A stretch of DNA of 57,526 nt, filler included, from Sluysia triapertura (GCA_046118255.1; 5 parts of 5 records of this genome joined end to end with filler, not necessarily neighbours in it), one strand, 5' to 3'. Shown: positions 1 to 11,757, counted from the whole stretch's first letter. Notes: a model not told the origin generated them from the letters alone. Program-made: numbers and translations.

Positions 1-80
1 TGGTAGAGCAGTCGGACTGCGCAGACGATGGTCCCGGGTTCGATCCCCGGTCAGTCCATTTTATGAAGTCTAACAAATTT
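1..80 (+). mobile_element. tRNA-derived repeat, copy 1 (5' end cut by window edge)
   Basis: End of A-box (TGGTAGAGC), B-box/T-arm (CCGGG TTCGATC CCCGG), acceptor 3' strand TCAGTCCA, then TTTT and the tail ATGAAGTCTAACAAATTT shared with other copies. The anticodon arm is non-canonical. Confidence 0.8.
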
Positions 81-3000
81 ATCAAAATAATATCATTGTT
101 AATTAATTATTTTGTTCAGAAACGGATACAATCATATCAAATCCCATAAAACTTTTTGACGGAGGAGATGGATTTCATTTACGAGAAAATCGTTAAACGT
201 GATTTTAATTTTACATTAATTTTATATATCATTTATATATTTTGCTTTATTTTTTAATCCAAATGAATTGTTTTAATAAACATTCTGAAATTGTTTTACA
301 ATGTTTGTATAACGATAAATTGATTATATTGATGTTTATTTATTATTTGCAGTTTTATACAAAAAAATCTTAAAAGGATTTACATGAATAAACAAATGCA
401 TTGATTTTAACGGTGATATGAATACAAAAATGTTGGTTCCAGTTTAATTATTTGGTTCTTAACAGCCGAACATTCAAAACAAATCTCTGTAATGAATGAA
501 AGACTAATTGTCATCAATTTTTGTACCAAAATATTTATAAAATAATCTTTTCTTTATCATTGATATGCATGTCATAAAGAATTATTAAAAATCCAGGATG
601 ATTAAATAATTAGTTAATAGGCATTTTTATGGTTTCAAAGTATGTAATAACTAGATAGTCTGCATAAACCATGACTAAAGATTTTATATATTTTATACGT
701 CAGAACATTAGATGTTTTATTGACAGAAAATTGTAACTAAATCAGATCATAATCATTGTGCATCAATATTGAATGACAGATTCTTGTATGGCTTTCCTTT
801 ATTAACATTAATAAGTATAGCTCATTTACCATATTGGTTTTTTATGCAAACCAAGAATATCCAGAAGACGAATTAATGAAATATCTTAAATAGATGTAAA
901 AGTTTACATATAAAAAATAGGTGTGAATTAATTAAAGCGAGTAACTAATTTATACGTTTGGCAATGAAAATCGAGGAATGACAATTTTCTTTATACAACT
1001 ATTTTTACAAAACATTTTGAAATTGAGAAATTTTATGTTGAAATTAAAATAGAATTGCAAAGCTTTAGAGTTAGTTTATGCTTATTGATTATTTTTAGTT
1101 CTCTATTAAAATTATTCTGGCTTAACTTTAACCAATTAAATTGTCACAATACTTTAACTTAGTGTGTCCTTGTGAAAAGAATTAATCATCAATCTTGATC
1201 AAATTAACAGTAAAAATCGGTTTAATTATGTTCACATAAATAATAATTTAATAAAAATCCATTAAGTCGTGTTTATGTTCATAATTAGGAAATAATAGAT
1301 TTAAAAATGACGTTTACGTTTAAAAAGATAGAATATTGTCGAAGTTTAACGAACATGGTTTACAATTCCAAAATTGATTTTTAAAATCTGAATAGTCATT
1401 TAAGTTTTTGCTAGGTTTTTCTTGTGCAAAATGTATATGTTGAGTAATATGGATTCACCTATAAAACACGATTTACGTGAACTGCATTTACAAATTCAAA
1501 AACAGTTGAACAATAGCAGGTTTATTTATCAAATGTTTTATACAATCGTTTTAATATTAATAATAATAATAATAATAATTATGATCATGATCATGATGAT
1601 ATGTACAGGATAGAGTTATATATATTCTAAAGTTAAGATTAACTCAGCTACCAAATAGAGAACGAATTTATTATTTTAAATTTAGATCGATAAATATTTT
1701 GAGACTAAGATTATCTCATTCGAAAAAGAGTTGATTTTAATAGATTATTTTAAAGTTATCCAAAAAACAAATGCAGAGAATTAGACTGTTATACCTAATA
1801 CAAAGTTCTGATTTTATTCGGATTTTGAAGCTAGATTTAAACAAGCTAAAAGAATTATATATTTTAGGTTTGATGTTAGCTTTTCCCTTAAAGAAGAGGA
1901 AACAAACTTATAAAATTAAAACCTTACTAATTAAATAACGCTAAATTGAAATGATCACAGGTCAAAGTAATTCAGAGATTAACGTAGGTTTTTTAATTTC
2001 CTTTTACTATAAGTGTATTTTACACTAATATAAGTGTATATGAGTGTCCTTTTACTTTTGAGACTTTTATATAGTTTTTTTGTGATTTGGATAGCTGTGA
2101 ACATAAAAATATAAAAGTTTTATTCATTTATTTACAAAACATATTTATTGTTTTATATAAAATACAAAATTTGAAAAAATTTTATTATTCACATAAAATC
2201 ATTGTATTTATTTTATTATCACAAAGCATTTATTTTATTGTCATCATAAATTGTCAATATTACTAATGTTATTGTTATTATGTATACTAAAATAGTAAGT
2301 GTATAGTTATCACAATTTTATTATAAATGTCAGTGTTCTTAAGAATTAGGGAATATAAATATATTTGATTAAGGGTTATTAAAGGGACTTATGAATGAAG
2401 TCATCAGTCAGATCTAGATTTAAAATTAAATTAAAATAAAAATTAAATAATAAAAATCAAGAAATTGATAATTTCCTCATATCATCATCGACTTAACTTT
2501 TGTATGCTTTTCTTAATTTAATAACTTTTAATGAGTAAAAATCATTTTCAATGGCACATATATTAGCACTACGCTTTTTGATTCAATAAATACATTCAGC
2601 ATGTTTCTTCACAAGGATTGATTGTATATGAGTTTCTAGTTTATCCGATTATTTTATGATATGTAATTCATTTTTAACACTTGAAATTAATTAATAACAT
2701 AGTATAATAGCACTTTAATTAAATGTACAGATTTTCCAAAAATATCAGTTCAATCAAAGGTTATTTTACAAAAAATATTTAAGTAATCTAATTAATTATT
2801 TAACAAATATACTTTTATTAATTTTTTGCTTTAAAACGAATTTTAAGTTTTACATAGCTTTCTTTTATATGCGACCTAAAAATAATGTACATAAACGACA
2901 ATGTCTCACTACCATCTATCTTGTCATTCATGATTTATCATTTAATGACTTTTATTGCAATTATTATCATTATTTCTGTAATAATTAGGTATGTTCCCTG

Positions 3001-3501
3001 ATTTATCTTACGAACATAATCAATCAATCAATAAATTTTTTGAAATAAAATTCTAGAATATTTACAATCAATTTCTAATTGGGTAATCAATGTTTTGTAA
3101 AGGTGTAAATATTTTAGTTTTATTTTTATGTTTACAAAAATTGTAAAAATTATAATTATTATAAAAAATTATTATCATTTAAAAAATTATTATTTAAATT
3201 ATATTAAAATTAAAATTATTATTCAATTATTTTAAAATATTATGAAAAAGAAATTACTAGAAAGAAATTTGTTTGACTAAATTAAATTTTTTAAAAATGT
3301 CTTTATGTACAATATATAAAGACATGCAAAAGTAAAGAAATTAGTACGCCATTTTGAGATCATAAATCGAAATTCGTCATTTTTGGTAGTGTAAAGAAAT
3401 CAAAGTTGTCCTCAACATCAAATTTATTATTAGACTACTCGTTCACGTCGGTTTTAGGTTCATCCTTCAAGTTATTGTGCAATTCCCGCGTATTCGATTA
3501 G

Positions 3502-3597
3502 AGAGATAGCACTTTCCGAGCAGCAGCAGCTCGATCGATCAATTTAAATTCGAACAATATTTCTAGAGACAGATTATCCATATTATTAATTAAATAC
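3502..3597 (+). CDS. Candidate internal exon (RDSTFRAAAARSINLNSNNISRDRLSILLIKY) of the gene ending at 6517
   Basis: TAG acceptor at 3499-3501, GTAAGT donor at 3598, locally GC-richer, open frame, and phase 0-0 compatible with 4261-4271. The acceptor is weak and alternative readings exist. Confidence 0.3.
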
Positions 3598-4260
3598 GTA
3601 AGTTTGATTTACATAAGTGTATAAACTCTCACTGAGCTAAAAAAAATCAACTTAAACTACTGTTTTTCACGCTTGGTCATTAAGGCCAATCATAAAATCA
3701 ATTTAAAATATAAAATCTCCAATCTTTAGTTGGCCCTTAAGATCAATTACAAAATCAGTATTATCGGGTAGTCTGTTGGTTAGACCTTTATTATAGTTTA
3801 ATTATTATTGCTTTTATAAATTTATCATGTATAAAATTTTTGTATTATTGAAATTCACCTTTGTTGGATTTTTATAAATTTATATTAATTTTATTTTAGT
3901 CTTATTTTTGTGTAATAGAAATATTAAAAGACTTTTGAATCATTTTTATTTAAATTAAGTTTATAGTTATTCTACCTTACGAACAATTTATAATTAAATA
4001 TAATTTTAATCTAGAATACATTGATTATAATATTGTCTCATTAAATTTTAATAAAAACCAAAAAATTCTAAGATTTGAAGATATAAGCAACGATACGCTT
4101 TTATATAATCACTATTTACTTGATTTTTATATTAATTCAGATATTCCTTAAGCCAGCGTTGGTCTTAATAAGTTTTTAAAGTTATTTAGTTATTAAGCGA
4201 CGATTTTGCCCATTATTTTTTACGATTAATTTTGATAATTGTTTTCACGTAATTGTACAG

Positions 4261-4271
4261 GAACGCCATTG
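4261..4271 (+). CDS. Candidate 11-nt microexon (GAA CGC CAT TG)
   Basis: ttttcacgtaattgtacAG|GAACGCCATTG|GTAAGT. Its phase-2 end joins 5215 in frame (TG+G = Trp, giving ERHWKNTQ...). Confidence 0.4.
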
Positions 4272-4416
4272 GTAAGTCGTATACTGTAAACGGACTCATA
4301 ATAATTATTTAATTTGCTGTAAGTTAGGTTTTTGTATTAAGAAAAAACTCCCAGCAATAATAAAAATAATAAGCATTAATTAAGGGGTCGATTTTAACAT
4401 TGGAAGAATTAGAATG

Positions 4417-5090
4417 CAAGGTGTCCCAAAAGTAACCGAAACGCAAACTTAAATAAAATTTATATATCAAAAACGACAAATTTAATAGGTATATTTAGTA
4501 TTTACAAATATTCAAAATGTCCACCTTGAACTTCAATAGAGCACGACATTTCCTGGCACGGTTCCTCTGAAATTTGGTTCCATTCTTCCTGGGCTTTTCA
4601 GAAAATTCTAATCGTCTATCTGGATTATTCTTGTTTAGGGCATGAAGAAGATGATATCTGTATAGTTTTAGACTAATGTCATGCAAGATACGGTAGAAAG
4701 AGGTTCGATGCCTGGCTGATAGATTTTTAGGAGAATGAACAAATGCAGATGACCTTCTTTAGATGCATTTGACACACTTTCAGTTACTTCAAATTTGGTA
4801 CTTCCCATATTTCTTCAACGTGTTTGTAGCTAGTCCTTGCATAGTAATTCTCAATAACGAAAATACTTTTAAATCTAAAGTCCTTCGCTTCATTTTTAAG
4901 AATGAGGGTCCAGAAGCGCACTCTGAACAAAAATCAAGCAATGACGTCAGAACAAATCAATAAGATTACGCAACAAAAGTCATTCCAAAGACTACTATTC
5001 GCAGAAGGAAATGAATATTAAAATGACATAAAAGAAGAAATTATATTTGTCGTTTTTATATGTAATTTTATTTAAGTTTGGGACACCCTG
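4417..5090 (-). mobile_element. Internally deleted Tc1/mariner-superfamily element
   Basis: TIRs: CAAGGTGTCCCAAA...AAACTTAAATAAAATTTATATATCAAAAACGACAAAT at 4417 and its inverted match ending GGGACACCCTG at 5090. Minus-strand fragments SPKKS, LKLYRYHLLHALNKNNPDRRLEFSE and the C-terminus IEVQGGHFEYL* are typical of these transposases. The catalytic core is missing. Confidence 0.85.
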
Positions 5091-5214
5091 ATTAATATTG
5101 GTAGAATACACGCTATATGTCTTAGAATCTCTAGAATTATTCGGTTTTTGAAAATGGTTATTCTGTTTGGATGTTCTGTATATTTTTTCATTTATAAAAG
5201 TATTGTGGTTGCAG

Positions 5215-6517
5215 GAAAAATACCCAATCAAATATTATTCAAAACAATCTCCAGACTGCACCTCACAGTCTTCCGGAATCAAAAAATCGAAAGTTGCCAT
5301 CCATACCCACCGAGCACGATTCAAATGATATGCAACAATCATCATTACTTAGGTCAAATAAAAGTCATGGGCCTTTCACACTACCAGCCCATACCAATAT
5401 TCCCGAGCCTGTGTCTCAAAACCAGAACAACACCGATGATAATCTAGAACCCTATGCGTCTTATATGCCCAGTCCAAATATTCAAAACTCCAATGTCTCC
5501 AGCATATTTGCGTCAGGAGCTTCTAATTTCCATCCTGGCTCTCTTATGAATGGCCAAGTAGGTGGACAGAGTGTTGCTTACACGGGTAGCCAGACCCACT
5601 CATACCAGTATCCAGCTCCTATGGAAGGCGGTACTACTCTCATGCACAATTCTCCCGGAGTTTACGACAAAGGCTATGCTACTGGAGCTCCTGGGAATCG
5701 CGGAGTTATTCAAGCTAGTAACTTTTTAACTCGGCCTAGTCAAAGCCACATGCTGTCCCAGAATCGAATGGAGTATCATCCTGGTGCAGAACATAGTCAT
5801 CTAGACAGCGAGATGATGTACCGCCCCTCTTCCAGTACTACAGGTAGCTCTACCAAAGAAGAGCTAGAACGGTTTATCCCAGTAAGTGGCCAATTACCAT
5901 CATCTTCCGTGCAGACCACACGCAAGCTGTTGCGCCACTCATCACAGCAATCTTCAACACTACATGTACCGCTGAACAGTGAAACCACGACTCTAGTATC
6001 AAGTGGGCGTTGTGACCGAATTGACGACGATGATGACATCGATACTGGGATCGGACGCCATGGAGGTGTATCGGTGTCTGCATCCGGCAATGTTGCAAAT
6101 GAACATCCTGCGTCCCTTCTCATGTCCAATGATTTACCAAGATCAATAATTTCACGCTCACATCAGTCTGCTTCCCGTCCAATACCGTCAGTCTTTTTCG
6201 AGTCGACAACCACGAATACTGACGACACCTCATCCCAGCCTTATCAGCCTCCTTCTCTTGACGAATCCATTAGTGCTGGAGATCCACCCGTCAATTTTAC
6301 AGACGAAGTCAATTCTGGCAGCAACATTCACAGACCTATTAGTATTGTCCCTCCATCCCTGATGACTAATACTCCTTCCAACTCACATTTCACTACTTCC
6401 AGTGGTCCTTTGCCGACTGCCCTGTCTCAATCAGGAGTTTTCAATCAGCAACGCATGGAACCATTGAGTGAAGAGGAGGATGAGTCAAACTACACGAACG
6501 AATTTGTGGTAGTGTGA
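5215..6517 (+). CDS. Large terminal coding exon of an unidentified gene; Ser/Pro/Thr/His-rich, likely disordered tail ending ...EEEDESNYTNEFVVV*
   Basis: About 1.3 kb open frame in a background where long ORFs are rare. An in-frame TAA at 5195 closes it upstream and an acceptor ttgcAG lies at 5213-5214, so the ORF-track start at 5294 is probably not a real start. Much higher GC than the flanks. Confidence 0.85.
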
Positions 6518-7754
6518 TCTGAATGGTGATGTGCATATATTATTATATTATTTCGCGCGTATATTATTATTATTTTCTAATTTGTTTAAGTCTATCTTCC
6601 CAATCTTTTTAAACTGCCTTGCTGTACAAATGAGTTGTTTCGATCTCACTGTATTATTAAACATTGATTTTTAATGCTTTATTTGATTGTTTATTTCGAT
6701 GACCTTGATATTTCAATTCTGATTGGTTAGAATTTTATAATAAATTTATTTACTGGATAGCTGTTACTTATTTGTGACATGAAAAGCGTAGCATAATAAA
6801 TTTAGTCCTTTTAATAATTATATCGATATTTGAAAAAGAATTAAAGCTAGTGCCTACTTTTTGTCAAGGTTATTGAGAAATGTTAGTCTTTTTAATAATA
6901 ATGGAGTTCAAATTACACCTAAATATTCATGTGATATGTACATAGACTAATTTATATTTGCTTTATTTACTTTCTACTTTTATTTTTATTATTTTCAAAT
7001 ATCTCTCTATTATTATTATTATTATTATTATTATTTCGATCACATTTTTCTAACTTCATTTTGATTGGCCACTTCAACTAATCGTAATTGTGCATAGACA
7101 AATTGTTTACAAATGCTGGAGAGACCTTTTCAAATGACTAAATTGAAGCATTTATTATCTTTTGTGTAATCTGATCAGATCAAATATTTCGATTTTTCTA
7201 CAACTGTGCAATGCATTGTATTATGACCGTGAAGATGTGTGCTTGTGTGCGTGTATAACCACTGTTACCAATGGGGACAATGTTATAATGAAATTATATT
7301 TTCGTATTTTACCTCTTACATTTACTTCACTACTTTTTACTTTTATCCAATTAAATCACGACGCTACTTAATTTTGACCAATAAAATAATAATAATAGCA
7401 ATAATAAAAATTATTATTATATAATTGAAATTCATTTTAAATGTTATGTATATTTTAAAATCTGAAATTAGTCTATATTCGCAATGATGACGATGAAGAT
7501 GATGTTGTACTCTGTACTTATTATGTGGTGTGACGTATTTTTTGATTTTTTTTCTTGTATATATATATTTATTATTTTAATCAGTATCTTTATAAATAAA
7601 TTTATTTTAAATTGTACGTTTTTTTCATTTTTATCCAATCATGTATTGAATAATTTATTAATTCATATGATTGGTTGTTATACAAGAATTTTCTATTTTC
7701 AATAACGCTTTAATAGAGAAGTATTCGAATATTTTTATGAATGATAATTGTAGT

Positions 7755-7872
7755 GGCTTAAGTGTAATCGACTATAATAAAATAAAATTGTTAGACGGAG
7801 CTGATAGCTCAGTGGTCAGAGCGAGAAGGTTCTGAGTTCGATTCCAGGTCGGTCCATTTTATGAAGTCTAAT
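7755..7872 (+). mobile_element. tRNA-derived repeat, copy 2 (anticodon arm deleted)
   Basis: AAAATTGTTAGAC-GGAGCTGATAGCTCAGTGGTCAGAGC...GAGTTCGATTCC...GGTCCATTTTATGAAGTCTAA. Confidence 0.85.
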
Positions 7873-7936
7873 ATCGAATACCCTCTGATATGGAAACTGA
7901 TGATTTACAATATGTTTGAGGTCAAACATGTGTCGT

Positions 7937-8054
7937 AGAATGGTAGTATAATTGATTATGATGAAATAAAATTATTAGACGTGGTTGATGTACCAGTAGT
8001 CAGAGCACACCTGTGAAACAAGAAGGTCCAGGTTCTATTCCCGGTCAATCTATT
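7937..8054 (+). mobile_element. tRNA-derived repeat, copy 3 (diverged)
   Basis: Leader AATGGTAGTATAATTGATTATGATGAAATAAAATTATTAGAC, degenerate A-box, then AAGGTCCAGGTTCTATTCCCGGTCAATC. Confidence 0.7.
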
Positions 8055-8091
8055 CCAAATCGAAAATTTTATTTAAAAACAACAATCTGAT

Positions 8092-8661
8092 TAAATATTA
8101 ATAACAAAATTAATAAAATGAATCATTCGTCATACTTGAATGAAATTGTTTGCAAACTTTTTGATTCAATGTTATAATGATATAATTAATTCTGGATCAC
8201 TTAAATAATAATTTCTCTATTTTGTACAATATTCACAAAAGTAGGGCGTAATGTCCTTATTTTTTATTTTATAGATTGCTGTGGTTTAACTGAACCTTAA
8301 ATATTAATAACAAAATTAATAAAATGAATCATTAATTTCTTAGTATAAAATGAAAAATTTTAAACAAAGACAATATTTAACTAATACGAACTTAGGAAAT
8401 CTTTAAAAAGTTAGATGCACCACAGAAGTCAACCAATAATCAATTAAATGATTAGCTAAATCACGCTCGGATAAGGAGTTACATCGATTTTTCGTTATAC
8501 TTGAATGAAATTGCAAACTTTTTGATTCAATGTTATAATGATATAATTAATTCTGAATCCCTTAAATAATAATTTCTCTATTTTGTACAATATTCACAAA
8601 AGTAGGGCGTAACGTCCTTATTTTTTATTTTATAGATTGCTGTGGTTTAACTGAACCTTAA
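8092..8661. repeat. Local tandem duplication
   Basis: 8127-8300 is nearly identical to 8492-8661, and 8092-8127 recurs at 8298-8333. The second unit has about 160 bp that the first lacks. Confidence 0.9.
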
Positions 8662-8719
8662 CCTACGGCATAATATGTTGTGAAGAGGACGTTCTTTAAC
8701 AAATGCTCAAATGATGAAA

Positions 8720-8862
8720 TTTTAATACCTTATCCTGTATCTTTTCATAATTAAATATCAATAACAAAAATATCAACTTTATTCACGAAATACCAAAAGA
8801 CCTTAGAGTAGTAATAAAAAGGTATTTTAAGAATTAAAGCTCCTAGAGTGTATAATCTATTA
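8720..8862 (+). repeat. Dispersed repeat, inverted copy at about 23410-23560
   Basis: CATAATTAAAT...AACAAAAATA...TAATAAAAAGGTATTTTAAGAATTAAAGCTCC matches the reverse complement of 23410-23560. Confidence 0.7.
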
Positions 8863-8898
8863 ACTACAATAATCTAAGTGTATGTTTTGTTTGGATAT

Positions 8899-9026
8899 AG
8901 GCCTAAAGTGCTATGTAGTATAATGGACTATAGTAATCTAAAAATTGTTCGACGGGGCTGATAGCTCAGTGGGTAGAAGTCCCGAGTTCGATCCTCTGTC
9001 GGTTCATTTTATGAAGTCTAACAGTT
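8899..9026 (+). mobile_element. tRNA-derived repeat, copy 4 (central deletion)
   Basis: AGGCCTAAAGTGC leader, AAAATTGTTCGAC, GGGGCTGATAGCTCAGTGGGTAG, GAGTTCGATCC, CATTTTATGAAGTCTAACAGTT. Confidence 0.85.
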
Positions 9027-10660
9027 AACCCTCAATATATCTGAACTTAAAAATTAAAAGTAATTTTAAAAAGCGTTGATTTTACAATTTCAAATTCTAA
9101 AGTAAGAAGATTTAATTTCGACTTGTTTTAGTATTTTAATATTACGATTAATATTTTAAATACGATCCCAATTAAAAAGGATCTTGTGAAAAATTAATTT
9201 ACTACCGAATCGTAGAATCGGTTTCTTAGAAACAGGCTAAAATTGTAATAAATTTAAAACTATATAAGTTATAAAATGTACTGTAAAGTATGATTATATT
9301 GTTATGTTAAGGTTTATTTTAATTAATAAAATCTCTCCAAAGGAATTTTTATGAAATTTATTCGAACATGCAATGATTTTAGTATACGATTAATCGAAAT
9401 ATGCAACGAATATATTCAATTATATATTTCTATTTTCATTATACACTTTTATTTATAATAATAATATTACTATTTATATATTTATTAAAAAAAACTTTTA
9501 ACTTTTATAAGATTAACACAAAAAATTATGCAAAATTGTATTTTCGAATTTTGCTTTATTACCTAGTAACGTTGAGTAATTAATTAGTCTAAAAATTTTA
9601 AAAATAAAATTTATTAATAACCCATTTTAAGGGTTATCTAGAAAAACAAATTGTTTATTATAATTTACGTAAGAAATTGGCTACACAATTTTTAAAATCT
9701 GTTTAACTAATGGTTACACAATTCTAAAACAATTTGTCTGCTGCAGAAAAACCTGTGAATTAATAAAACCATAGAATACTTTAAAATTGTTGACTTCGCT
9801 ATAAATATAACTTAACTTTGTAAAGGTTTATGTTATGATCTATTTATATACCTTTTAAAACAATAAAAATTTTATTATTATTATTTCTATTATCATAATT
9901 GTTGTGTTTCTATTGTCATATTTTTTGAATTACTATTTTAATTTCCTAACTCATCTAAGTTCTCGAATATTTATCGAATAAAAGTCATCGAATTGTGAGA
10001 AAAAATTCTACATAAATTTACAAAATTTGCACATTTTTCTAAGTTTAAATTAAATAAAAACACAAACATTTTTCTAATCTGTTAAGAGTATGAAGATAAA
10101 ATATAAAACTTTTAATCTAATTAGTAAGTATCAAATAAATGCAGTATAATTTTTTATGAATTTTACAAAAATTATCATACAATTGTTTAATTTTTCTAAA
10201 TGAAACTTGTTTATTCAAATATAAACAATCTAATTATGTTAATTATTTTACTGTTCACGTAATGATACTATATTTAATTTGAATATTTATGAACAACGTC
10301 AATAATGTTTATAATTCGATTATTATATCATTAAAATTTCACGTTTAAATTTTATATTTGTATTTTAAAGTAGTTTATCAATTTTTATTTCCAAGTAATA
10401 TTACCTTATAAATACACATACAGAATCTTAGATAAATGAATTTCATTTATTTTATAAGTTAATAAATTAATAATTTATAATGTTTGTAATAATAAAATTT
10501 TCATAATAATAATTACATAAATAAAAAATAATAATAACATAAAAACAAAATTTACAGAATTCAATTTTCAATATAGTTCAATTCTTATTAGTCCATATTG
10601 ACAAATTCATTATTTTTAATAATAATAATAATATTATTAAATTTAATAATAATAATTGTA

Positions 10661-10742
10661 TTGTTGCGTTTACATTTATTTGTTGCGTTTACATTTATTT
10701 GTTGCGTTTATTACATTTATTTGTTGCGTTTATTACATTTAT
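10661..10742. repeat. Minisatellite, 4 units of 19/22 bp
   Basis: TTGTTGCGTTT(ATT)ACATTTAT x4. Confidence 0.95.
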
Positions 10743-10799
10743 TTCTATTTTATATTTTATTATATTTGTTGGAATTGCCAAACTATGGATCTGGAGATG

Positions 10800-11200
10800 A
10801 ACAAAAACATATAAAATTATAAAACTGGTACAAAGTGTTGAATTGAAAATGATAAACATTGTTGAAATAAGAATCTTGAAATTAAAAACATCTATAATAA
10901 TTTTAACAGCTAAAGAATACTTTGACATTCCAAAAACCTATATAAGGTGTTTAGACCTTGTGAAAGCTTGAAAATGACACATGAAAACTTTGAGGGCATT
11001 AGAGTACCTTTGGGCTTGTTAATCTTGAGATCATCTAAGACCTTATTAACCTTGAAGTACTTTTGAAACCTTGATAAACATCTAAGATCTTTGAGTAATA
11101 TTATAAAGTGTATAAAATATTTGAGAAAGAAAATCATTGTTCAAGATAATAAAGAAAAGTTTAACATAATAATAATTAACACGAAGTAGAAAACATATAG
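10800..11200 (+). repeat. Diverged dispersed repeat, inverted homolog at about 48250-48680
   Basis: Ordered shared blocks AAACCTATAT, AAGCTTG, GGCATTAG(A/G)GT, GATCATCTAA and AAAGTG(A)TATAAAATAT occur in both loci. Confidence 0.65.
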
Positions 11201-11658
11201 AGCCTCCTGAATGCTTTATAAACTACTAAAAAAACTTTAGAATTTCAATAAAACCTTTAAATATAGAACAAGATTAAGTCTAAAAATACATTAATTAATT
11301 AAAATCTTAACTTAATTAAGAAAAAGTACATTTTTTGAATAACGTTTGAATGAGGAACGCTACATTAAATTGGAAACTGTGTCTGTATTTGTTTTGAAAA
11401 GGCCTTGCGATTAAGGTATGGTTTGACCGAGCAAAGTCAAATAGTAATTAATTTTTAATTATACAATATTGAATTTTTTATACTTAGATTAATGCAATTG
11501 TGATGGATGGAATATGAAATGATTGCTATGAAAGAGGAGAATCTATAAGTGAACTCGAAAAGTTTGTAAAATGGTTCATGTTTCATTAGAAAATTGGGTG
11601 TGAAAAATAGAAAATTAATTAAATAATAGAAAGTAAAATTAAATTCATTATTTTTATN

Positions 11659-11757
11659 NNNNNNNNNNNNNNNNNNNNNNNNNNNNNNNNNNNNNNNNNN
11701 NTTAATTAATTAANNNNNNNNNNNNNNNNNNNNNNNNNNNNNNNNNNNNNNNNNNNN
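11659..11757. other. Assembly gap with TTAATTAATTAA linker
   Basis: N runs flank a 12-mer that has stops in all six frames; the same pattern occurs at three other gaps. Confidence 0.95.

Noticed and set aside
1-58. Functional tRNA gene
   Set aside because: The anticodon arm does not form a canonical stem and 7-nt loop, the sequence belongs to a degenerate multicopy family, and it is cut by the window edge.
4272-4298. Third copy of the 28311/34901 repeat
   Set aside because: The match is short and gapped, and GTAAGT is better explained as a splice donor.
5797-6129. Antisense ORFs 5797-6129 and 5874-6098, and overlapping 5148-5447
   Set aside because: These are shadow ORFs of the GC-rich exon.
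7162-10928. Many 60-130 aa Ile/Phe/Leu/Asn/Lys-rich ORFs here and throughout the window
   Set aside because: They are expected from AT-rich and (TTA)n sequence and show no motifs or splice support.
11702-11713. Palindromic TTAATTAATTAA recurring four times
   Set aside because: It always sits between N runs, so it is an artificial scaffold linker rather than biology.
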